A program made the position numbers and the translations under genes. Source: Microcystis aeruginosa NIES-843 (GTDB taxonomy: Bacteria; Cyanobacteriota; Cyanobacteriia; Cyanobacteriales; Microcystaceae). Taken from it: DNA of 32,000 nt. The notes under the pieces are model-generated. The model had not been told where the DNA came from. It saw only the letters and a list, made by a program, of their open reading frames with translations, and ran no database searches. Positions 15,908 through 25,184 of this stretch are shown in pieces; position 1 is the stretch's first letter, and every line of letters begins with the position of its first letter. Location: positions 4,410,001 through 4,442,000 of the forward strand of contig NC_010296.1 of NCBI RefSeq assembly GCF_000010625.1. Direction: 5' to 3'.

Positions 15908-17257
15908 ATGACAAAGACTGGCAAAAAAGCGGGTTTACCGCCAATTTCCTATGTTTTACTGGGGTTGATCGGTTGGTTTCTTTTTCCCCAAATCTCGGCA
16001 ATATTTGCCCCAAAAGCCGATAATAATCCCCGCATCAGTTACGGCAATCATCTCCTGATCAAAACTAATTCTAACACCACCAAAGAATCAGCGATCGCTG
16101 CCATTGCTCAAGGTGATCACCAAGAAGCAGAGCAACTCCTGCAAAAATCCCTCGCTCAACGTCCCAACGATCCCGAAAGCGTAATTTATCTCAGCAACCT
16201 GCAAACTGGCTCAAATCCCTTTAAAATCGCCGTTGTTGTGCCAGCAACAACTAATCCCAACGTCGCTCAGGAAATATTGCGAGGAGTCGCCAGCGCACAA
16301 ACCCAGATCAATCAACAGGGAGGGATCAACGGCAGAAAACTGATGGTTATCGTGGTTAATGACGATAATCAGCCGCAGATATCGAAAGAGGTAGCTGGTG
16401 AATTAGTCAAAAATCCTGATATTATCGCTGTTATCGGTCATAATGCCTCCGATGCCAGTTTAGCCGCCGCTCCCATCTACGAAAAAGGCGGTTTGGTGAT
16501 GATTTCTCCCACCTCCCTGGCTAATAATCTCTCCGGTGCGGGAAATTATATCTTTCGTCTCGTGGCTTCTAACGGCAAAATTACGGAAACCTTAGCAAAT
16601 TACATAGTAAATACTGCTAAAGTCCAGAAAATTGCTTTTTGCTACGATTCTCAAGCTCCTGATAATATTTCCTTTAAAGATGAGTTGATGGCTAATGTGG
16701 CGAAAAAAGGCGGTCAAATTGTGCCGATAGTCTGTGATCTGAGTGTCCCCAATTTTAAGGCCGATCAAGCTCTTAATCAGGCGATTTCTGGGGGTGCTAA
16801 CGGTCTATTTGTCGTCGCTCATGTTGATCGTCTCGATCCCGTTTTTGAGGTTATTCGCTCCAATCGTCAGCGTTTGCCTCTGTTTAGTAGTCCCACCCTC
16901 TACAATATTCGCACCCTCGAAGATGGCGGCAAAAACGCCCAAGGTTTAACCCTTGCCGCACCCTGGCACCCCTCGGTTAACCAGACTTTTGCCAATCTTA
17001 TGCAGGAACAGTGGCGCGGTCCAGTTAGTTGGCGCACAGCCACCAGTTTTGACGCTACACGGGTGATTATTGCCGGTTTAAGGGAAAATACCCATCGTCA
17101 AGGCCTACAATCCCTGCTGCGCTCTGGCAATTTTCATCAAACAGGGGCCACCGGAAAAATTAGCTTTGATCCCAATACTGGCGATCGCATTGGTCAGCCG
17201 GTGTTAATTCAAGTGCGATCGACTCCCTCCGGTGAGCAGTTTGTCCCTTTGCCTTGA
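15908..17257 (+). CDS. Membrane-anchored TPR plus type I solute-binding protein, paralogous to the C-terminal half of the 12457 gene
   Basis: 449 aa with RBS AAGGAG, 11 nt after the PspA-like gene. N-terminal anchor KKAGLPPISYVLLGLIGWFLFPQISAIF. TPR-like HQEAEQLLQKSLAQRPNDPESVIYLSN. Motifs FKIAVVVPATTNPNVAQEILRGVASAQ, IAVIGHNASDASLAAAPIY and MISPTSLA are collinear with aa 430-870 of the CHAT receptor. Confidence 0.8.
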   Translation: MTKTGKKAGLPPISYVLLGLIGWFLFPQISAIFAPKADNNPRISYGNHLLIKTNSNTTKESAIAAIAQGDHQEAEQLLQKSLAQRPNDPESVIYLSNLQTGSNPFKIAVVVPATTNPNVAQEILRGVASAQTQINQQGGINGRKLMVIVVNDDNQPQISKEVAGELVKNPDIIAVIGHNASDASLAAAPIYEKGGLVMISPTSLANNLSGAGNYIFRLVASNGKITETLANYIVNTAKVQKIAFCYDSQAPDNISFKDELMANVAKKGGQIVPIVCDLSVPNFKADQALNQAISGGANGLFVVAHVDRLDPVFEVIRSNRQRLPLFSSPTLYNIRTLEDGGKNAQGLTLAAPWHPSVNQTFANLMQEQWRGPVSWRTATSFDATRVIIAGLRENTHRQGLQSLLRSGNFHQTGATGKISFDPNTGDRIGQPVLIQVRSTPSGEQFVPLP

Positions 17258-17409
17258 AAAGTCCCCAGTCCACAAAAGTCGGGAGAGCTGCCAACTCTCC
17301 CCCCAAAAAATCTCAAAAATTACAATTATTTCAATGTTCAACCCTGAGCAAGAAATGAATGGCTAATATGTTAAAATATGCCTAGATATTTGTAAACTTT
17401 TTCCTTTGT

Positions 17410-18120
17410 ATGGATATCGTTATTATCGAAGATGAAATTGAAATCGCCCATTTGATTCAGCAAACTTTAGAGCGGGAGTCCTTTACTTGTCATCTGGCTT
17501 ATAATGGTAGGGTAGGACTAGAACTATTTTATCAAAAGCAACCAGAATTAGTGATTTTAGATTTAATGTTACCCGAATTAGACGGACTGGAATTGTGTGC
17601 TAGAATTCGCCAAAAACCCGGGACAAAAGACCCCTATATCTTAATGTTAACCGCTAGGGGAGAAGAAATCGATCGCATTATCGGTCTATCTACGGGAGCC
17701 GACGATTATATGGTCAAACCCTTTAGTCCCCGGGAATTAACCGCTCGCGTAAGGGCATTATTAAGACGTAGTTTAAGACACGATAGTCAACCCCAGCAAC
17801 TCCATCGCAGCCGTCATTTTCTGATCGACTTAGATCAACATTCTGCTCTTCGTAAATTGGAGGGAATGCCGGAGGAAACCCTCGATTTAACCACCTTAGA
17901 ATTTAATTTATTAGCTACCTTTGTCAGTTATCCCAATCGCGTCTGGAGTCGCACCCAATTAATCGATAATCTCTGGGGAAATGATTTTTTTGGCGATGAA
18001 AGGGTAGTAGATACCCATATCCGACGCTTACGCAAAAAAGTAGAACCCGATCCTGCTAATCCGATCTTTATCAAAACTGTAGTCGGTGTCGGTTATAAAT
18101 TTGAGGATGACATTATTTAG
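17410..18120 (+). CDS. OmpR-family response regulator (receiver plus winged helix)
   Basis: 236 aa. Receiver motifs IVIIEDE, LVILDLMLPELDG and YMVKPF. C-terminal winged helix LTTLEFNLLATF...IRRLRKKVE...TVVGVGYKF. The stop TAG (18118-18120) lies inside a MITE terminal repeat. No kinase gene is adjacent. Confidence 0.9.
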   Translation: MDIVIIEDEIEIAHLIQQTLERESFTCHLAYNGRVGLELFYQKQPELVILDLMLPELDGLELCARIRQKPGTKDPYILMLTARGEEIDRIIGLSTGADDYMVKPFSPRELTARVRALLRRSLRHDSQPQQLHRSRHFLIDLDQHSALRKLEGMPEETLDLTTLEFNLLATFVSYPNRVWSRTQLIDNLWGNDFFGDERVVDTHIRRLRKKVEPDPANPIFIKTVVGVGYKFEDDII

Positions 18121-18272
18121 GGTCTGCTGAAAAAGTTTGTTGGTGGGGTTAGTAGTCAGGAGTCGGGAGTCAGTATTCAGGAGGCAGTATTCAGGAGATC
18201 AGTAGCTGGTTATAATTAAATTAAAAATAGATTTTAGGTTCGATCCCCCCTTAGTCCTAGGGTGAATTCATA

Positions 18273-18300
18273 GTAGGGTTGATTCATGAATCAACCCTAC
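18273..18300. repeat. Perfect 28-bp palindrome
   Basis: GTAGGGTTGATTCATGAATCAACCCTAC is its own reverse complement. It sits between two copies of CCCTTAGTCCT (18248-18258 and 18300-18310). Confidence 0.9.
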
Positions 18301-18379
18301 CCTTAGTCCTCCCTTGATAAGGGTGGTGTCTGATAATTTTTAATGCCTACCTACTTAGGAGATGGCTTTTATTTATTCT

Positions 18380-18434
18380 CCCCCCACACCCCACACCCCA
18401 CACCCCACACCCCACACCCCACACCCCAACCCCA
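18380..18434. repeat. (CACCCCA)x7 heptamer array
   Basis: Direct reading. It is the complement of the GGGGTGT arrays found at 3935, 20808, 22537 and 31093. Confidence 0.95.
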
Positions 18435-18496
18435 ATAAAAAATTCTCCCTAAAGGCATTTAAGCAGTCTTTAACCCTTATGTGCTACAATTTTTGA

Positions 18497-20476
<1,980 letters not shown>

Positions 20477-20554
20477 ACAGTAACTTGAGGCTGTGTTAGT
20501 CTAGGCTAATACAGCCCCCGATAAAATCCCCAAATCCAGTTACTAATCGGAGGG

Positions 20555-20773
20555 TTAGGGATTCAAGGAAACTGGGGTGCATTCCACGACTTCATCGAAA
20601 AAATCAGCCGGCAGCGGTGGATTATCGGGGTCTTCTAGGGCGTTTTTGGCAATTTCCGCCTCGCTCATCCCTTTAACTTTCTTCCAGTCTGTTTTGCCTT
20701 TCAACTTCGCCCACTGTTCGCGGGTGACTCTGGTAATATGTTCTTCGTTCACGGTTGTTAGCCCTCCTAGCAC
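20555..20773 (-). CDS. BrnA-like (DUF4415-type) antitoxin fragment, 5' end abutting a MITE
   Basis: 72 codons. KGKTDWKKVKGMSEAEIAKNALEDPDNPPLP resembles the N-terminal half of BrnA antitoxins, and no ribbon-helix-helix tail follows. The frame stays open up to the MITE edge, and the listed start is GTG 20773-20771. Confidence 0.5.
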   Translation of the reverse strand: MLGGLTTVNEEHITRVTREQWAKLKGKTDWKKVKGMSEAEIAKNALEDPDNPPLPADFFDEVVECTPVSLNP

Positions 20774-20775
20774 TA

Positions 20776-20996
20776 ATTAGGGTCTGCTGAAAAAGTTTTT
20801 CCTAGGGGCAGGGTGTAGGGTGTGGGGTGTGGGGTGTGGGGTTTTACCCATTTTCATCGGGTAAATTACCTAATTTTCAGGGAAAAAGTCCAGGGATTTT
20901 CCCCCCGACCACTCCCATATCTGGTACTTTTTGATTGACAAAAAGTCTAAAAGTCTTACCCAACAAGGTTTTTAGATTTATTCAGCTAACCCTAAT
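20776..20996. mobile_element. 221-bp MITE (ATTAGGGT family) flanked by a TA duplication
   Basis: TIRs ATTAGGGTCTGCTGAA (20776-20791) and TTCAGCTAACCCTAAT (20981-20996). TA is present at 20774-20775 and 20997-20998. The interior has a GGGTGTG heptamer run and hairpin CTTTTTG-ATTGA-CAAAAAG. It is collinear with the copy at 31081-31252. Confidence 0.8.
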
Positions 20997-21221
20997 TATT
21001 CGACGAACCGAGCCACGCCATGTATAAACCACCACCAAAACGATATTATCGATTGTACCCACTAGAATCACTCGAATTTCGCCGTAATTCTGACGGTTAT
21101 CCACGCGCTCGATTATCGGCCCGCTAAAAATCGCTTCCAGGTCGGCGAAATCTATGCCGTGTTTTTCTATATTGGCCTGACGCTTATTTTCATCCCACTC
21201 GAAAAGTTGCGGGGTCGTCAT
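20982..21221 (-). CDS. brnT: BrnT-family (DUF497) toxin, C-terminus replaced by MITE sequence
   Basis: 79 aa. FEWDENKRQANIEKHGIDFADLEAIF is the typical BrnT N-terminus. The last three codons (RVS) and the TGA stop are encoded by the MITE right TIR. Confidence 0.75.
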   Translation of the reverse strand: MTTPQLFEWDENKRQANIEKHGIDFADLEAIFSGPIIERVDNRQNYGEIRVILVGTIDNIVLVVVYTWRGSVRRIIRVS

Positions 21222-21251
21222 TATCGATAGTCGATCGCCTATAATCCGATT

Positions 21252-22466
21252 TTAAACTAACTTTTTGACAGCTGCTACTAACTGCTCGATTTCTGAGGGC
21301 AAAGTGAAATAATGAACACAGGCACGCACGCAGAGGGGGTCGAGGAGAGTTCGCAGTAAAAACCCTTGTTTTTCTAGCTGTTGCACTAAATTTTGTGGGG
21401 TGATGGCCGAGTCAATTTGAAAGGAAACTAAACCAGATTCCGGTGGAGAATTTTTTAAACATTTCACCCCCTTAATCGTCTTTAATTCTTCCCAGAGATA
21501 AGCCGCTAATTGACAAATCTTTTCGTATCTTTGTCCCCCATCACCCCAGGCGTTATGTACCGCAATAGTTGCCCTTAAACCCTCAAATTGGGGATAGGCA
21601 GAAGTGGCCACTTCAAAGCGTCTGGCATCCGGTTTCCAACCGATAGGCTGTCCTCGGTTATCTGTTTCAATGCCGCGCCAACCGATAAAAGTGGGCTGCA
21701 AACTAGGGAAAATTTCGGGACGAATATACAATCCTCCCACACCAGCCGGTCCACACCACCATTTATGACCCGTAAAAGCATAACAATCGGCGGCAGTAGC
21801 GCTTAAATCCAAGGGCAAACAACCCACGGATTGGGCAGCATCCACCACCACTAAAACGGGTTTTTCGGTGACAGAATTATCATGACAAAGTTGTGAGATT
21901 TCCTTGAGGGGTAAAACCTGTCCGGTATTCCACAAAACGTGACTAACCACCAAAACCCTAGTTTTTGGACGTAGATGAGCGGAAATGACTTCTATCGGGT
22001 TGCCACCGTTTAAAGTTTCCCGAATAGGACAAGTGGAGATTTCCAGATGATAACGACGGGCAATTTCTTGAACCGTGGCGATAATTCCGGGGTGTTCACA
22101 ATCGGTTAGTAAAATATGTTCCCCCGCTTGCCAATCAACTCCCCAGAGGGCGATATTACAGCCTACAGTGACATCCTCGGTGATAGAGAGGGTGCTGGGG
22201 CTAATTCCCAACTCCTGAGCCATTTCTTGCCTGAGAAGTTCCGTTTTTCCGGTAATCCAATCGTTTACCCGTCCTGAAAAAGGCCCCTTTTGTTGGAGAA
22301 AATTATGGGCATCGATAATCGCCTCTAATCCCGCCTTGGGCAAGGTTCCCTGACCACCGAAATTAAAGTAAACTTTATTGCTAAGTCCCCGAAATTCCTG
22401 TCTTTGTTCGGCTAAATCCGGTTTACTAACGGCGTAATCGAGGCTATTTTCGTCTAAATTCTGCAT
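21252..22466 (-). CDS. Class V PLP-dependent aminotransferase / cysteine-desulfurase-like enzyme
   Basis: 404 aa. PLP-lysine motif FTGHKWWCGPAGVGGLYIR. The length and layout fit the fold-type I class V family. The specific substrate is not assignable from sequence. Confidence 0.8.
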   Translation of the reverse strand: MQNLDENSLDYAVSKPDLAEQRQEFRGLSNKVYFNFGGQGTLPKAGLEAIIDAHNFLQQKGPFSGRVNDWITGKTELLRQEMAQELGISPSTLSITEDVTVGCNIALWGVDWQAGEHILLTDCEHPGIIATVQEIARRYHLEISTCPIRETLNGGNPIEVISAHLRPKTRVLVVSHVLWNTGQVLPLKEISQLCHDNSVTEKPVLVVVDAAQSVGCLPLDLSATAADCYAFTGHKWWCGPAGVGGLYIRPEIFPSLQPTFIGWRGIETDNRGQPIGWKPDARRFEVATSAYPQFEGLRATIAVHNAWGDGGQRYEKICQLAAYLWEELKTIKGVKCLKNSPPESGLVSFQIDSAITPQNLVQQLEKQGFLLRTLLDPLCVRACVHYFTLPSEIEQLVAAVKKLV

Positions 22467-22485
22467 AAGCGAGGAGATGGGGGGT

Positions 22486-22630
22486 CAGTTATCAGTTATC
22501 AGTTATCAGTTATCAGTTATCAGTTATCAGTTAGAAGGTGTTGGGGTTGAGGGTTTTAGGGTTTTAGTTGAATTCCCCATTTCCCCACTTCCCCACTTCC
22601 CCACTTCCTGACGACCGACGACCGACGGCT
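22486..22630. repeat. Composite array: (CAGTTAT)x6.7, then G-rich heptamers, then (CCCCACTT)x3-4, then (GACGACC)x2-3
   Basis: CAGTTAT units span 22486-22533, the G-rich block 22537-22575, ccccatttccccacttccccacttccccactt 22575-22608, and gacgaccgacgaccgacgg 22609-22628. Confidence 0.95.
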
Positions 22631-22776
22631 GAATTCTATCGACGGATTAAGTCGCAATTGTCACAATAGTATTAGAGTAGAGGAAACATACTTGGGAATG
22701 TTTTCTTTTTTTAAGTTTATTATTTTTTACTTTACTTCACTGGTCCAGGAAAGCTTAACTTTTCTCCTTGTATAGA

Positions 22777-24210
22777 ATGCTACTGACCGATGATCTACTT
22801 CTAGACTACCAACGTTGTCAACGCCGTGCATTTTTAAATCTCTACGGCAATAGCCAAGAAAAAGACCCTGAGCGAGATTTTTTGCTTAAATTGCGCCAAG
22901 AGAGTCAAAGTCACGTTAAAAAAGTCCTGCAAGACTCCTATCCCGATTATTGTTCCCTGACTACCCCCAGCACTGATATTTTGGCCGCCGCTAGGGAAAC
23001 GGAAGCTTTGATGGGTCGGGGGGTATCCTGTATTTATCACGGAGTCCTTTTACAATCTGGCTATCCCGTCTCTTTAACCGGTTCCCCGCATTTATTAATT
23101 AAACAGGCAGGAGAGTCGAAATTTGGCGATTGGGTTTATTATCCCCTCAATATTCAACTCGGTCGCCGTCCTAAGCCTGAATATAAAATGCTGGCTACTT
23201 TTTACGCCTATTTATTGGCCAGTATGCAGGGAGTTTTTCCAGGTTACGCGGAAATTGTCCTACGTCGTCATAATCGCTATCGGGTGGAATTGAATCTCTG
23301 GTTAACTAAACTAGAGGAAATAATCAAAAAGTTCGGCGCAATGGTGATTAATCGCCAAGAACCAGAAGTTTTTATCTCGCGTCAGCGTTGCAGTTTATGT
23401 CATTGGTACAGTCACTGTTATGGTATTGCTCAAGCGAGTCAACATCTTTCTTTAGTCCCGGGGGTGACTCCTAGTCGTTACCAATTTTTACAGTCTTTGG
23501 GGGTTTCCACCATGGAATCCCTGGCGCTTACCTGTCCTACCCGTATGGGGGAGGGGATGGGGGTAGAGGTGGCTAATCAGTTACAGTTACAGGCCCAAGC
23601 AATTATTGAAAATCGGGCCTTTCGCAAAAGCAATGGGAAAACTGCTTATTTGTCCCCCCTACCGAAGGCCGAGATTGAATTTTATTTTGACATCGAAGCG
23701 GAACCAGAACAGAATTTAGATTATCTTTTGGGGATTTTACGGGTTGATTATCGAGTTAATACCCAGCAGTTTTATCCCTTTTTGGCAGAAAAGCCGGAAG
23801 ATGAAGGCAGGATTTGGCAGGAATTTTTAACCTTAGTCATGCAGGATTATCAAGCACCAATTTTTCACTTTTCTGAGTACGAAGTGGAAACAATTAAGCG
23901 ATTGGGTTATCTTTATAAAACTCCTTCTTCTTTGATTAATCAGTTAGTTTCTCGCTGTTTTGATCTGCACTATCATGTAGTTAATTCGGTAACTTTTCCC
24001 GTGGAAAGTTATTCTTTAAAATCCCTCGCTAACTGGATTGGCTTTCAATGGCGCGATCGAGGAGTAAGCGGGGATCAATGCGTTTGGTGGTATGACCAGT
24101 GGTTAAAAACAGGAGATCGGACTTTATTGGCGGCTATTTTGCGTTACAATGAGGATGATTGTCGCGCCACCTTTATACTAAAAGATTGGCTTGTAAACTT
24201 TTTAATTTGA
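22777..24210 (+). CDS. TM0106-type RecB/Cas4-like nuclease with a helix-hairpin-helix segment and a C-terminal DEDD/RNase-H-like domain
   Basis: The Cys pattern C(x n)CxxCx5C (QRCQRR ... QRCSLCHWYSHC) resembles Cas4/AddB Fe-S nucleases. The C-terminal part has FYFDIEAEPE, HFSEYE and YNEDDCRAT. I prefer ATG 22777 (MLLTDDLLLDYQRC) over the track start TTG 22768. Confidence 0.75.
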   Translation: MLLTDDLLLDYQRCQRRAFLNLYGNSQEKDPERDFLLKLRQESQSHVKKVLQDSYPDYCSLTTPSTDILAAARETEALMGRGVSCIYHGVLLQSGYPVSLTGSPHLLIKQAGESKFGDWVYYPLNIQLGRRPKPEYKMLATFYAYLLASMQGVFPGYAEIVLRRHNRYRVELNLWLTKLEEIIKKFGAMVINRQEPEVFISRQRCSLCHWYSHCYGIAQASQHLSLVPGVTPSRYQFLQSLGVSTMESLALTCPTRMGEGMGVEVANQLQLQAQAIIENRAFRKSNGKTAYLSPLPKAEIEFYFDIEAEPEQNLDYLLGILRVDYRVNTQQFYPFLAEKPEDEGRIWQEFLTLVMQDYQAPIFHFSEYEVETIKRLGYLYKTPSSLINQLVSRCFDLHYHVVNSVTFPVESYSLKSLANWIGFQWRDRGVSGDQCVWWYDQWLKTGDRTLLAAILRYNEDDCRATFILKDWLVNFLI

Positions 24211-24312
24211 TTCTAAAGATTTATGACAAATAGGGGGGAATGTAACATCTGCTACCCGTAGCCGTAAAGGGCAAATGATAGGCTATGGATGTGAAGACAG
24301 TCCCCTCACCCA

Positions 24313-24555
24313 ATGGTGATCCCCATGTTCTCCCCACTTTTTCCGCTTCTACTCCTACTGCTTTCCTTCCTTAGTCTTCTCTGGTATCAAAAGACCGATA
24401 ATGATATTTTTAAAGCTCTTGCCGTTAGTAGTTTAATTTTTGCAATTATTTGGGGCTTAATTCTCGTTCATTGGTCAATTCACCTGTTGGGACTGCTGTT
24501 ATTGTTAAAATTCAGATCCCCCGCTTTCAGTTGCGTGCGCGTGCCTAGATGGTAA
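24313..24555 (+). CDS. Possible small membrane protein (hypothetical)
   Basis: 80 codons with two strongly hydrophobic Leu-rich segments. No recognisable RBS or family, so it may be spurious. Confidence 0.3.
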   Translation: MVIPMFSPLFPLLLLLLSFLSLLWYQKTDNDIFKALAVSSLIFAIIWGLILVHWSIHLLGLLLLLKFRSPAFSCVRVPRW

Positions 24556-24565
24556 TGGTTTGACC

Positions 24566-24946
24566 CTAATCTTCCAACTGTCTGGTAGGTACTTCGATCG
24601 CTTGTACATCGATCGTACCGGGAGGGGTGAGAATAATAAACTTACCCCCTGCCACTTTTAACGGTTCACCACAGTTAGGACATTGGCATTCTGTGCGATT
24701 AAAACCCGTAAATTCGTAGCTACAGACGGGACAGCTATCTTCAACTAAATTGCGTCGCAACCACCAGCGAAAAATCCCCCAAGCAATGACAGGGGAAAAT
24801 ATCAGGAATGCCACGAGAATTAAAAAACTATTGACTAACCAACCCAGTCCGATCGAGCCTAACAACAATCCGACTAAAATCAAAGATAAGAAACAACCCA
24901 AACCAGAATCATTGACAGAATAGCTGCGGAAAAAGTTGTTATTCAC
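24566..24946 (-). CDS. Membrane protein with a C-terminal zinc-ribbon (hypothetical)
   Basis: 126 aa. Two TM helices are followed by CPVC...(x13)...CQCPNC, a four-Cys zinc-ribbon pattern. Confidence 0.65.
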   Translation of the reverse strand: MNNNFFRSYSVNDSGLGCFLSLILVGLLLGSIGLGWLVNSFLILVAFLIFSPVIAWGIFRWWLRRNLVEDSCPVCSYEFTGFNRTECQCPNCGEPLKVAGGKFIILTPPGTIDVQAIEVPTRQLED

Positions 24947-25184
24947 GGCTCAACCCTCGATTCATCAAAGCTGCAATTATCTTTAACCTAACACATTCCC
25001 AACACATTGCCACGGTTAAATCTTCTTTTTGACTCACTGGTTCCTCGCTCTATTCTATCTTGGGTTTAGTTTTGATCGAGATTATCCGGACTGACATCCT
25101 CACCAAATCTGCTGGGGAGTGGATCCTCCGATCGCTTCAACTTGTTATAATAGTCAGTCCCTATCCACCATATCTCTAAAAACC

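Larger units (their letters stand above)
18116..18480. mobile_element. Degenerate or composite copy of the ATTAGGGT-type MITE family
   Basis: The left 33 nt (TTTAGGGTCTGCTGAAAAAGTTTGTTGGTGGGG) match the left ends of the copies at 20776 and 31081. The proposed right end AACCCTTAT (about 18472-18480) differs from AACCCTAAT by one base. The interior holds heptamer arrays and a 28-bp palindrome. The right boundary is uncertain. Confidence 0.45.

Noticed and set aside
17281-17301. Stem-loop GGGAGAG-ctgccaa-CTCTCCC just after the cluster's last gene
   Set aside because: It is followed by C and A runs rather than a U-tract, so it is not a canonical intrinsic terminator. It is left uncalled.
22682-22712. 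Hairpin (GGAAACAT / ATGTTTTC, 8-nt loop) followed by a T-tract, resembling an intrinsic terminator on the plus strand
   Set aside because: No plus-strand gene or convincing promoter lies upstream, since the neighbouring gene is on the minus strand. The stem is short and AU-rich. It might be part of the 5' UTR of the nuclease gene, but I cannot support a call.
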